64,000 bases of DNA from Massilia sp. (GTDB lineage Bacteria; Pseudomonadota; Gammaproteobacteria; Burkholderiales; Burkholderiaceae_D): contig JBJMVU010000090.1 of the NCBI GenBank assembly GCA_045810485.1, positions 11,293 through 75,292 on the forward strand, in the 5' to 3' direction. Positions within the stretch are counted from its first letter, which is position 1, and each line of letters opens with the position of its first letter. The position numbers were made by a program, and so were the translations under genes. This document shows positions 52,744 to 62,005 of the stretch, in pieces. Below the pieces are notes generated by a model. That model made no database searches, was not told where the DNA came from, and saw only the letters and a list, made by a program, of their open reading frames with translations.

Positions 52744-52764
52744 AGTTGCATTGCAAATGCAGCT
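52744..52764. promoter_or_regulatory. NsrR-type operator AGTTGCATTGCAAATGCAGCT in the norB/nnrS divergent region
   Basis: 8 of 10 arm positions are palindromic around a central base, with the TGCATT/AATGCA core typical of betaproteobacterial NsrR sites. It lies 62-82 bp upstream of the norB ATG. Confidence 0.5.
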
Positions 52765-52904
52765 TTATTTGAAATGCTTGACCCAGTTTAGGAAAGCGCG
52801 GCGGAACGGCCTATCGGCACCGTTGCCTAGTCACTTTGGCCGATTGTCCGGCCCGGCCGGGGCTCTTAACATGCAGGCGAGATACCACTTAAAAGGAGGC
52901 CGCC

Positions 52905-54095
52905 ATGGCCCTGATGACCATCGAAGAAGCCCGCCCGGCGCCGCGGCCCGCCGGCGGAGGCGCGCCGCTGTTCGCCCTCGGCTTCCGCCCGTTCTACCTG
53001 CTGGCGGCCGCGTTCGGTGCGCTCGCGGTGCCGCTGTGGATCGCGGCGCAGGCGGGCGTGCGGCTGCCGGTGCGCATCGACATGCTGTGGCACATGCACG
53101 AGATGGTGTTCGGCTTCGCGCTGGCCGTCGTCGTCGGTTTCCTGTACACGGCCGGCTACGCCTGGACGAAGCTGTGGACGCCGCGCGGCAAGACGCTCGC
53201 GGCGATCGCCGGCGTGTGGGTGGCGGGCAGGGTGGCCATGCTGGCCGCGCCGCCGGTGCTGGCGGCCCTGGTGGACGCCGCGTTCCTGCCCATCGCCGCG
53301 GTGCCGCTGTTCCGCGTGCTGAAGCAGTCGGGCAATCTGCGCAACATGTTCCTCGTCGGCCTGCTCGCGCTGCTCACGCTGACCAATGTGTGGTGGCACG
53401 CGGCCGCGCTGGGCTGGATCCACGCCGACCCGCTGGCGCCCGTGCACGCCGCGATCCTGCTGATCGTCGTGATCGAGATCGTGATCGGCGGCCGCGTGAT
53501 CCCGATGTTCACCCGCAACGCGGCGCCTGGCGCGTTGCCGGTGCAGGATGCGCGCCGCGACAAATGGGCGCTGGCGCTGACCGTGCTGGCCGGCCTGGCG
53601 TGGACCGTCGGCCTGGCGGCGCCCGTCACGGCCAGCCTCGCGCTGTTCGCGGCCGTGGGCCAGGCCGCGCGCCTGCTCGGCTGGCAGCCGTGGCGCACGT
53701 GGCGCAATCCGCTGCTGTGGATCCTGCACGTGTCCTATTTCTGGATCCCGTTCGGCTTCCTGCTGCTGGCGCTGGCCCAGTACGGCATCGTCACGGGGAC
53801 TGTCGCGCTGCACGTGCTGACGGTCGGCGCGCTGGCCGGCCTGGTCATGGGCATGATCACCCGCACGGCGCTGGGCCACACGGGCCGTCCCTTGAAGGCC
53901 GGCCGCGGCGAGACCGCCATGTTCGTGCTCGTGCAGGCGGCCGTCGTGCTGCGCTTCGCCGCCGGCGTGGCGCCGGCCTGGCGCGACGCCGGCCTCGTGC
54001 TCGCCACCGTGTGCTGGAGCGCCGCCTTCCTCACCTATCTCGCGGTCTACGTGCCGTACCTCACCAGCGCCCGCATCGACGGCCGCGAAGGCTGA
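52905..54095 (+). CDS. nnrS: NnrS-family heme/copper membrane protein
   Basis: PLFALGFRPFYLLAAAFG N-terminal signature and about 12 TM helices. SD AAAGGAGG. Confidence 0.9.
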   Translation: MALMTIEEARPAPRPAGGGAPLFALGFRPFYLLAAAFGALAVPLWIAAQAGVRLPVRIDMLWHMHEMVFGFALAVVVGFLYTAGYAWTKLWTPRGKTLAAIAGVWVAGRVAMLAAPPVLAALVDAAFLPIAAVPLFRVLKQSGNLRNMFLVGLLALLTLTNVWWHAAALGWIHADPLAPVHAAILLIVVIEIVIGGRVIPMFTRNAAPGALPVQDARRDKWALALTVLAGLAWTVGLAAPVTASLALFAAVGQAARLLGWQPWRTWRNPLLWILHVSYFWIPFGFLLLALAQYGIVTGTVALHVLTVGALAGLVMGMITRTALGHTGRPLKAGRGETAMFVLVQAAVVLRFAAGVAPAWRDAGLVLATVCWSAAFLTYLAVYVPYLTSARIDGREG

Positions 54096-54107
54096 ACCGG
54101 AGCCGCC

Positions 54108-55493
54108 ATGCATCCCACCATCGAATTCGACGCCGACCTGATCGCCCGCATGACCCAGCGCGGGCCGCGCTACACGTCGTATCCCACCGCGGACCGCTTC
54201 ACGCCGTCGTTCGGCGCCAGGGAATTCGCCGCCGCCGCGCGGCCGGGCAGGCCGCTGTCGCTGTACGTGCACATCCCGTTCTGCGAATCGCTGTGCTACT
54301 ACTGCGCGTGCAACAAGATCATCACGCACGACCGCGCCAAGGCCGTGAAGTACCTGGGCTACCTGCAGCGCGAGATCGACCTGCAGGCCGGCCTGTGCGC
54401 GGACGGCGCCCTCGTCGAGCAGCTGCACTTCGGCGGCGGCACGCCCACCTACCTGGACGACGCCCAGATGGGCGACCTGCTGGGCCATTTGCGCAGCCGT
54501 TATACGTTTGCGTCCGACGACACCGGCGAGTTTTCGATCGAGATCGATCCGCGCACGGTCGATGCCGCCCGCATCCGCACGTTGCGCCGGCAAGGCTTCA
54601 ATCGCCTGTCGCTCGGCGTGCAGGACTTCGACGAGGACGTGCAGCGCGCCGTCAACCGCATCCAGCCGGAAGCGCTGACGCGCGACGCCATCGCCGCCGC
54701 GCGCGCAGCCGGCTTCCGTTCCGTCAGCATCGACCTGATCTACGGCCTGCCGCTGCAGAACGTCACCACGATGGCCGCGACGCTGGACAAGGTCGTCGCC
54801 GCGGCGCCGGACCGCATTTCCGTCTACAACTACGCGCACATGCCGCAGCTGTTCAAGTCGCAGAAGCTGATCCGCGACGCCGACCTGCCGGACGGCGCGA
54901 CCAAACTGGCGATGCTGGGCCTGTGCATCGAGCGCCTGGGCGCCGCCGGCTACGTGTACATCGGCATGGACCATTTCGCCCGGCCGGACGACGAACTGGC
55001 GCGCGCCCAGCGCGACGGCACCCTGCACCGCAATTTCCAGGGCTATTCGACGCACGCGGACATCGACATGGTCGCCTGCGGCGTGTCGGCCATCAGCGCC
55101 GTCAACGGCACCTATGCGCAGAACGAGAAATCGCTCGAGCCGTATTACGCGCGCCTCGACCGCGGCGAGCTGCCCGTGGCGCGCGGGCTGGCGCTGTCCG
55201 TCGACGACCTGCTGCGGCGCGAGGTGATCCAGCAGTTGATGTGCGATTTCGCGCTCGACGTGCGGCTGTTGTCCGCGCGCTGGCACATCGACATGGCGCA
55301 GCGCTTCGCGCCGGAACTGGCCCGGCTGGCCGAGCTGGAACGGGACGGGCTGCTGACGCTGACGCCGGACCGCATCGACGTGACCCCGAAGGGCCGCCTG
55401 CTGGTGCGTAACATCTGCATGGTGTTCGATGATTATTTTGGCAAGCCCGCCGCCGTGCCATTGCAAAGGATGCAGTATTCGCGCACGGTATAG
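54108..55493 (+). CDS. hemN: Oxygen-independent coproporphyrinogen III oxidase (radical SAM)
   Basis: LSLYVHIPFCESLCYYCACNK, GGGTPTYL and RNFQGYST motifs. Confidence 0.95.
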   Translation: MHPTIEFDADLIARMTQRGPRYTSYPTADRFTPSFGAREFAAAARPGRPLSLYVHIPFCESLCYYCACNKIITHDRAKAVKYLGYLQREIDLQAGLCADGALVEQLHFGGGTPTYLDDAQMGDLLGHLRSRYTFASDDTGEFSIEIDPRTVDAARIRTLRRQGFNRLSLGVQDFDEDVQRAVNRIQPEALTRDAIAAARAAGFRSVSIDLIYGLPLQNVTTMAATLDKVVAAAPDRISVYNYAHMPQLFKSQKLIRDADLPDGATKLAMLGLCIERLGAAGYVYIGMDHFARPDDELARAQRDGTLHRNFQGYSTHADIDMVACGVSAISAVNGTYAQNEKSLEPYYARLDRGELPVARGLALSVDDLLRREVIQQLMCDFALDVRLLSARWHIDMAQRFAPELARLAELERDGLLTLTPDRIDVTPKGRLLVRNICMVFDDYFGKPAAVPLQRMQYSRTV

Positions 55494-55547
55494 GCTTGCC
55501 AGACCGTCCAGACTGTCTTCACAACGACACAGTTTCCGCAAATATGC

Positions 55548-55570
55548 GAACATTCCTTACGGCAATGTTC
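55548..55570 (+). terminator. Weak stem-loop after hemN (GAACATT-N9-AATGTTC) followed by a U-rich tract
   Basis: Perfect 7-bp arms followed by tatattctc. It could equally be an operator for the downstream gene. Confidence 0.3.
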
Positions 55571-55629
55571 TATATTCTCGACATATGGCTTGATTCTCCT
55601 CAAGCTTCCTGAATCTTGCGTAAACTGCC

Positions 55630-58197
55630 ATGAATGCAGCCACTTCACATCTTCCGCCACCGGTAACGGCGTCCGTGCCGTCTTGCCCTGAGGGCTATGT
55701 CGCGCTGGAATGGCTCGAGCACGCGCCCGGCTTCGTCGCCTTCCTCGTCGGCCCCGACCTCGTGTTCGCCCATGCGAACGACGCCTACAAGCGCGTGGTG
55801 GGACGCGAGGAGCTGCTCGGCCTGCCGTTCGACGTCGCGTTGCCGGAAGTGGCCGACCAGGGCCTGGTGCCGCTGCTGAAATCGGCCCTCGCCACCGGCG
55901 AACCGCTCGTGCACCGCGCCTGGCCCGTGCAACTGGCCGGTCCCGGCGGCGCGCTGCAACAGCGCTACGTCGACTTCGTCGCGCAACCCGTCCCGCACAG
56001 CGAATCGCAGGGCGGCGTGGGCCTCCTGATCCTCGGCAGCGACGTGACGATGGAGACGGTGTCCCAGCGCGACCTGCAGTTCAGCCTCACGCACGACGTG
56101 CTCACGGGCCTGCCGAACCACGCCCTGTTCCGCGACCGGCTCGAACATGCGCTGCGCCACGCCGCGCGCGCCCAGCGCCCGCTGCAGGTGGCGGCGCTGC
56201 AGTTCGACCTGTTCAAGCGCGTGCACGCGCTGGTGGGCCACCAGGGCGGCGAGCGCATGCTGTGCGAGATCGCCCGGCGCATCGAGCGCGCCGCCGGACC
56301 CGACGTGACGGTCGCGCGCGACGGCGCCGACAAATTCCTGCTGCTGCTGGAAGGGTTGCCGCAACCGCATGTGGCGGTCCGCATGCAGGAGATCGTTCGC
56401 GCCGTGGCGGAACCGTTCCAGCACGACGAGCACAGCGTTTACGTGACCTGCTGCGTGGGCGGCGCCGCGTTCCCCCTGAGCGGGCGCACGGCGGAAGACC
56501 TGCTACTGGCCGCCGACCGCGCGCTCGCGTGCGCGCAGGAAGCGGGCGCCGGCATGCAGTGCTGGGACGACTCGCTGCCCGGGGACGGTGGACTCGACCG
56601 GCTGCGGCTCGGCTTCGCGCTGCGCGAGGCGCTGGCGGGCGACGGGCTGTCGGTGCGCTACCGGCCGCGGGTCGACCTCGTCAGCGGCGCGATCTGCGCC
56701 GTCGAGGCCTCGGCCTGGCTGGACCACGATGGCGCCGCGGTGCCGCCGGCCACGCTGCTCGCCGTGGCGGAAGAGTGCGGCCTGGGCGGCGCGCTGGCCG
56801 ACTGGGTGCTGCGCCACGCCGCCGCGCATGCGGGGCAATGGCGCGCGCAGGGCTTCAGCGAGTTGCGCGTGGCCGTCAGCCTGTCGGCGCGCCAGTTCGC
56901 GCTGAGCGACCTGGAAGGGACGATCCTGCCCGCGCTCGCGGCCGCGGGCGTGCCGCCGACCTGCCTCGACCTGGAGCTGGCCGAGCATCTGCTGGCGGAC
57001 GATGTGGACCGCATGGCCGACTGCCTGCACGCGCTGCGCGACCGCGGCATCCGCCTGTGCCTCGACGGGTTCGGGACCGGCTCCTCCAGTCTCGTCAACC
57101 TGCAGCGGCTGCCCATCGACGTGCTCAAGATCGACGGCTCGTTCATCGCGCGCGTACCCGACGCGGACGGCGCCGCGGCGGTCGTGGATGCGATCGTGAC
57201 GATGGGGCACAGCCTCGGCATGCGCGTCGTCGCCGACGGCGTCGAGCGCGAAGGCCAGTGCGATTTCCTGGCGCGCCACATGTGCGACGCCGCGCAGGGC
57301 GATTTCGTGTCGGCGCCGGTGCCGTTCGACGCGATGACCGCGCTGCTGCAGACGGGCCCCGGCCTGGCGCCGCGCCTGTTGCGCTTCAACCGCACGCAGC
57401 CCACGGTGCTGCTGGTCGACGACGAACCGAGCATCGTGTCGTCGCTCAAGCGCCTGCTGCGCGGCGACGGCTACCGCATCCTGACCGCGAACAGCGGCCG
57501 CGAGGGCCTGCAGCTGCTGGCGGAACATACGGTCGACCTGATCGTGTCGGACCAGCGCATGCCCGAGATGACCGGGGTCGAATTCCTGCGCAAGGTGCGC
57601 CAGCTGTATCCCGACACCGTGCGCATCGTGCTGTCCGGCTACACCGAGCTGCAGACGGTGACGGACGCCGTGAACGGCGGCGCGATCTACAAATTCCTGA
57701 CCAAGCCCTGGGACGACGAGCAGCTGCGCAGCCACATCCAGGAGGCGGTCGCGTACGGCGCGATGGCCAGCGAGAACCGCCTGCTGACGCTGGAGGTGCG
57801 CACGGCGAACCAGAAGCTCGCGGCCGTCAACCGCCAGCTGGAGTCCGTGCTGGCGCGCCAGCGCAGCGACATCGAGCAGGGCGAGATCAGCCTCGACATC
57901 GTGCACGAGGCGCTCGACAACGTGCCCATGCCGGTGCTGGCGTGCGACGATCTTGGCACCATCGTGCTGGCCAACCGGGCGGCGCACGCGCTGTTCGCGG
58001 AACAGGGGGAGTTGCTCGGCCCGGTGTTGGGCTGCGACCTGCGCCAACTGTTCCCCGGCCTGCCCGAGCCCATGCCGGAAGACGCGGCCTTCGCGTTCGA
58101 ACATCGCCTCGGGGACCTGCGGCTCGCCGCCCGCGTGCAGCCGATGGGCAACGGCAGCCAGTCGCGGGGCTGGCTCATCGTGATCGAGCAGGCATGA
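55630..58197 (+). CDS. PAS-GGDEF(degenerate)-EAL(degenerate)-REC-coiled coil-PAS signalling protein
   Basis: The GGDEF position reads RDGADKF. The EAL signature region reads YRPRVDL...VEASAW, with DGFGTGSS, KIDGSF and DGVE. The REC domain has LLVDDEPSIV...SDQRMPEMTG...KPW. The C-terminus is PAS-like. Confidence 0.85.
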   Translation: MNAATSHLPPPVTASVPSCPEGYVALEWLEHAPGFVAFLVGPDLVFAHANDAYKRVVGREELLGLPFDVALPEVADQGLVPLLKSALATGEPLVHRAWPVQLAGPGGALQQRYVDFVAQPVPHSESQGGVGLLILGSDVTMETVSQRDLQFSLTHDVLTGLPNHALFRDRLEHALRHAARAQRPLQVAALQFDLFKRVHALVGHQGGERMLCEIARRIERAAGPDVTVARDGADKFLLLLEGLPQPHVAVRMQEIVRAVAEPFQHDEHSVYVTCCVGGAAFPLSGRTAEDLLLAADRALACAQEAGAGMQCWDDSLPGDGGLDRLRLGFALREALAGDGLSVRYRPRVDLVSGAICAVEASAWLDHDGAAVPPATLLAVAEECGLGGALADWVLRHAAAHAGQWRAQGFSELRVAVSLSARQFALSDLEGTILPALAAAGVPPTCLDLELAEHLLADDVDRMADCLHALRDRGIRLCLDGFGTGSSSLVNLQRLPIDVLKIDGSFIARVPDADGAAAVVDAIVTMGHSLGMRVVADGVEREGQCDFLARHMCDAAQGDFVSAPVPFDAMTALLQTGPGLAPRLLRFNRTQPTVLLVDDEPSIVSSLKRLLRGDGYRILTANSGREGLQLLAEHTVDLIVSDQRMPEMTGVEFLRKVRQLYPDTVRIVLSGYTELQTVTDAVNGGAIYKFLTKPWDDEQLRSHIQEAVAYGAMASENRLLTLEVRTANQKLAAVNRQLESVLARQRSDIEQGEISLDIVHEALDNVPMPVLACDDLGTIVLANRAAHALFAEQGELLGPVLGCDLRQLFPGLPEPMPEDAAFAFEHRLGDLRLAARVQPMGNGSQSRGWLIVIEQA

Positions 58198-59021
58198 CGG
58201 CACTGGTTGAACTCACCCAGGTGGTCCAGCGCCTGCGCGACCTGCCGGCGCTGCCGTCCATCGTGCTCGACCTGATCAGTTCGTTCGGGCGCGAGGACGT
58301 CGACGTGGCGACGCTGGCGGAAAAGATGTCGCGCGACCAGGCGATGGCCGCGAAGATCCTGCGCCTGGCGAATTCGTCGTTCTACGGCCTGCCCGCCAGG
58401 GTCAAGACCGTCAGGCAGGCGATCGTCGTGCTCGGATTCGACAGCGCGCGGGCAATGGCCGTGGCCGGCAACGTCATCGACCGCTTCGGCGGCGGCACCC
58501 GGCACCACGTCGACGTGGCCCGGTTCTGGCGCCATTCGATCGCGACCGCGCTGTGCGCCCGCAGCCTCGCGCGCCACGCGGGGCTCGACCAGGACGCCGC
58601 CTTCATCGGGGGGCTGTTGCACGACATCGGCCGGCTCGTGCTGGCGATCAGCTTTCCCGAACAGTACGCACGCGTGGCCGCCGAGTGCGAACGCGATAAT
58701 ATCAGCCTGAGCGCGGCCGAACTGCGCGTGCTCGGCGTGGACCACGAGCGCGCGGGCCAGTTGCTGGCCGAGGCGTGGAAGTTCCCGCCGGCGATCCAGC
58801 GCGCGATCGGCCAGCACCATGCGCCGGCCGCCGCCGATCTGGCCGACATTCCCGGCGTCGTGCACGTGGCGAACGGGATGGTGCACGCGCTGGACCCGAA
58901 CGGGCGCGTGGCCCAGGCGGCCGCGGCGAATCTCGGCCTGTTGCCGGAACAGGTGCAGGCCGTGTGCCGCGAGACGGAAGGGCAGTTCGAGGAAGCGTGC
59001 CGCCTTTTGATGCAGGATTAG
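58194..59021 (+). CDS. HDOD-domain protein
   Basis: LPALPSIVLDLISSF...ILRLANSSFYGLPARVKTVRQAIVVLG...GLLHDIGRLVL. The ATG overlaps the upstream stop (ATGA). Only the last third of ORF 55710..59021 is real. Confidence 0.85.
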   Translation: MTALVELTQVVQRLRDLPALPSIVLDLISSFGREDVDVATLAEKMSRDQAMAAKILRLANSSFYGLPARVKTVRQAIVVLGFDSARAMAVAGNVIDRFGGGTRHHVDVARFWRHSIATALCARSLARHAGLDQDAAFIGGLLHDIGRLVLAISFPEQYARVAAECERDNISLSAAELRVLGVDHERAGQLLAEAWKFPPAIQRAIGQHHAPAAADLADIPGVVHVANGMVHALDPNGRVAQAAAANLGLLPEQVQAVCRETEGQFEEACRLLMQD

Positions 59022-59024
59022 ATC

Positions 59025-60419
59025 ATGAATGACCAACCCGAGAGGGCAGGGGCCCTGGAGGCCCCAGCCATGAACACGTTTTCCCCCACCACGCGCACGG
59101 AGGCGCCCGCGGGCACGATCCTGTGCGTCGACGACGAGCCGAACATCCTCGCCTCGCTGCGCCGCCTGTTCCGCCGCGAAAACTACAAGGTCCTCGTCGC
59201 GGGCAGCGCCGCGGCCGGGTGGGCCGTGCTGGAAGAAGAGCACGTCGACATCGTGATCTCCGACATGCAGATGCCGGAAGTGAACGGCACCGAGTTCCTC
59301 GAAAAGGTGCGCCAGCGCTGGCCGGAGACCCTGCGCCTGCTGCTGACGGGCCACGCCGACCACGAGGCCACCATCGGCGCGATCAACCGCGGCGAGGTCT
59401 ACCGCTACATCACGAAGCCGTGGAACGAGGATGCGATGCTGCTCGTCGTGCGCGACGCGCTGGAACGCCAGGCGCTGCAGCGCGAAAAGGTCCGGCTGGA
59501 AGAACTGACCCGGCGCCAGAACGACCAGTTGCGCGACCTGAACGCGAACCTGGAGCAGCGCGTGCGCGAGCGCACGGCGGAACTGTCGTCGGCGCAGAAA
59601 TCGCTGCAGGCATCGCACGAGCGCCTCAAGAACAACTTCCTCACCCTCATCAAGGTGTTGTCGGGCATGGTCGAGACGCGTCCCGGCGCCGTGGCCGGCC
59701 ACGGCCGCCGCGTCGCGGACATGGCGCGCCGCATCGCCTTGCGGATGGGCCTGTCGTCGCGCGAGGCGCAGGACATCTTCGTGGCGGGCCTGCTGCACGA
59801 AATCGGCAAAACCGGTTTTCCTGACGGCCTGATCGGTATCCCGGAATCGGTGCTGAAAGGTGACAACCTCGGGCTCTACCGCAAGTATCCGCACCTGGGC
59901 GAACAGATCCTGATGCCGCTGGAGGAATTGCGCGAAGCGGCCCGGATCATCGGCGCGCACCGCGAGCGCTTCGACGGCGCCGGCTTCCCGGAAGGCATGG
60001 CCGGCTTCGACATCCCGCTCGGCGCGCGCATCCTGGCGGTGGCCCACGATTTCGAGGCGCTGCAGCGGGGCCTGCTCGCGCAGCGCCGCGCGGATGCCGC
60101 GCAGGCGACGGAACTCGTCGCGGAAAGCCGCGGCAAACGCTATGATCCGGCGGTCGTCGAGGCGTTCTACGATATCCGCACCGGGCGCAGCGTGGCCGAG
60201 GTGATCGCCGAAGTCGCGATGGGCGTTGACCAGCTCAAGCCGGGCATGGTGCTCAGCCGCGACCTGGTGTCCGCCGAGGGCGCGCTGCTGCTGTCGGCGG
60301 ACCACGTCCTGTCCGACCGGATGCTGAAACAGCTGGCCGAATACGAGCGCCGCGCGTCGGCGCAATTGCAACTTTTCGTGAAGTCAGGGGTCGCCGATGC
60401 GCCGCATTCTCATTCTTGA
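59025..60419 (+). CDS. Response regulator REC + variant HD-GYP domain
   Basis: REC (ILCVDDEPNIL...SDMQMPEVNG...KPW). The HD-GYP-like domain has substitutions: LLHEIGK (HD to HE), GAHRERFDGAGFPEGM (HHE to HRE, GYP to GFP) and VAHDFEAL. Confidence 0.85.
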   Translation: MNDQPERAGALEAPAMNTFSPTTRTEAPAGTILCVDDEPNILASLRRLFRRENYKVLVAGSAAAGWAVLEEEHVDIVISDMQMPEVNGTEFLEKVRQRWPETLRLLLTGHADHEATIGAINRGEVYRYITKPWNEDAMLLVVRDALERQALQREKVRLEELTRRQNDQLRDLNANLEQRVRERTAELSSAQKSLQASHERLKNNFLTLIKVLSGMVETRPGAVAGHGRRVADMARRIALRMGLSSREAQDIFVAGLLHEIGKTGFPDGLIGIPESVLKGDNLGLYRKYPHLGEQILMPLEELREAARIIGAHRERFDGAGFPEGMAGFDIPLGARILAVAHDFEALQRGLLAQRRADAAQATELVAESRGKRYDPAVVEAFYDIRTGRSVAEVIAEVAMGVDQLKPGMVLSRDLVSAEGALLLSADHVLSDRMLKQLAEYERRASAQLQLFVKSGVADAPHSHS

Positions 60420-60903
60420 CGACGAACCGTCGGTGCTGAGCGCCCTGCGACGCACCCTGCGCGCGGCCTTCGCGCCGGACGACGTCGTCATCGAAGCCTT
60501 CGACGAGCCGGAAGCCGCCGTGCACCGCGCCGGCGAACAGGATTTCGACGTCGTCATCTCGGACTACCGCATGCCGGGCCTGAACGGCGCCGACGTCCTG
60601 CAGCTCGTCAAGGGCCTGCAGCCGGAAGCGGTCCGCATCGTCGTGTCCGCGACGACCGAGATCCTCGAGGTGGCCGACGCCGTGAACCGGGCCGAAGTCT
60701 TCCGCTACCTGGCCAAGCCGTGGGACCAGGACGAGCTGGTCGCGACGGTGCGCGAAGGGTTCGCGCGCCGCGACCGCGGCGCGCGGCCGCAGCGGGCGCA
60801 GCCGCCGACCGGGCAGGACGATGCACTGCGCCGCCTGGAGCAGGACGAGCCGGGCATCACCCGCGTCGACTGGGACGAAGACGGCAATATCCGGCTGTTC
60901 TGA
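60397..60903 (+). CDS. Stand-alone REC-domain response regulator
   Basis: ILILDDEPSVL...SDYRMPGLNG...KPWD. It overlaps the previous gene by 23 nt. Confidence 0.8.
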   Translation: MRRILILDDEPSVLSALRRTLRAAFAPDDVVIEAFDEPEAAVHRAGEQDFDVVISDYRMPGLNGADVLQLVKGLQPEAVRIVVSATTEILEVADAVNRAEVFRYLAKPWDQDELVATVREGFARRDRGARPQRAQPPTGQDDALRRLEQDEPGITRVDWDEDGNIRLF

Positions 60904-61042
60904 GCGTGGCGCCCTGTCCGGATCAGTGGGAAACAATTCTTCCACTGGGAGATCACGCCGTTGATGTCGAATCAATTGCCTTTGGGCAATTTCTTTGACA
61001 CAATCCAATGCATAACGATATACATTGGCGCGGGGGTGGGAC

Positions 61043-62005
61043 ATGGGTTGGATTTCTCGTTTGATGGGTGGCTCGGACGGCGGCGCCAGCGAGTCCGCGG
61101 TGCCGGCCAAGGCCGGGGAACAGAAACAGGAGCAGGCCGGGCGCATCGGCCACGACATCGATGCGGCCTATTACCGCTGGCTGACCGGGTCGGCCCGCTT
61201 CGACGCGGCGGCCGACGTGGAAAACGCGATCCTCGACAAGGTCCGGGCATTGGCGGCCCGTCCCGACGAAGCGTCCGGGCTCGTGCCGCGCGTCCCCGAG
61301 GTCATCCCCCAGCTGCTGGGCAGCCTGGGCGATGAAGACGTGTCGACCGGCGACCTGTCGCGCCTCGTCCTGCAGGACCCCGTGCTCGTGGCGGAAGTGA
61401 TCCGCGAAGCCAACAGCGCGTACTACCGCCCCATGACGAAGGTCGATACCGTCGAGGCCGCCATCAGGCTGCTGGGGCAGAACGGCCTGCGCATGGTGCT
61501 CGCGCGCGTCGCGTTCCGGCCCGTCATCAACATGGAGTCGGACGGCTTCGCGCGCCGCGTCGCGCCGCTCCTGTGGGACCAGTCCGAGCGGTGCGCCCTG
61601 GCCGCCAGCCTCGTCGCGCCGGGGCTGCCCGCCGGCGCGTTCGAAGCGTATCTCGCCGGCCTGATCCAGAATGTCGGCCTGATCGTCGCGTTCCGCCTGT
61701 GCCCGCAGGGCGCCATCCCGGCGTCCGCCGAATTCAGCGCCGAGCTGCTGGCGCTCGGACGGCAGATGTCGGCCGGCATCGCGCGCCACTGGGCTTTCCC
61801 GGCGGACGTCACGCAGGCGATCGAACAGGCGGGCGCGCCGGACGCGTCCAACCTCGCGCGCGCGCTCGCCCAGGGCGACCGCATCGCCAAGCTGCGCCTG
61901 CTCGTCGATGCCGGCGCCGTGGCCGAGGACGACGCCCTCGTCACGGATGGGCTCGACAGCTTCCAGCGCCGTTGCCTCGGCAAGCTGGCGCACCTGGAAA
62001 GCTGA
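61043..62005 (+). CDS. HDOD-domain protein (second copy)
   Basis: VPEVIPQLLGSLGDEDVSTGDLSRLVLQDPVLVAEVIREANSAYY...VEAAIRLLG. The ATG at 61043 is preferred over the TTG at 61025. Confidence 0.75.
   Translation: MGWISRLMGGSDGGASESAVPAKAGEQKQEQAGRIGHDIDAAYYRWLTGSARFDAAADVENAILDKVRALAARPDEASGLVPRVPEVIPQLLGSLGDEDVSTGDLSRLVLQDPVLVAEVIREANSAYYRPMTKVDTVEAAIRLLGQNGLRMVLARVAFRPVINMESDGFARRVAPLLWDQSERCALAASLVAPGLPAGAFEAYLAGLIQNVGLIVAFRLCPQGAIPASAEFSAELLALGRQMSAGIARHWAFPADVTQAIEQAGAPDASNLARALAQGDRIAKLRLLVDAGAVAEDDALVTDGLDSFQRRCLGKLAHLES

Noticed and set aside
52712-55553. 899-aa (+) and 895-aa (-) ORFs spanning nnrS-hemN
   Set aside because: They are off-frame or antisense shadows. The frames 52905..54095 and 54108..55493 carry the NnrS and HemN signatures.
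55710-58193. N-terminal 828 codons of the 1103-aa ORF 55710..59021
   Set aside because: It is out of frame with the well-supported PAS-GGDEF-EAL-REC gene and Arg-rich. Only the part from the ATG at 58194 (HDOD domain) looks real.
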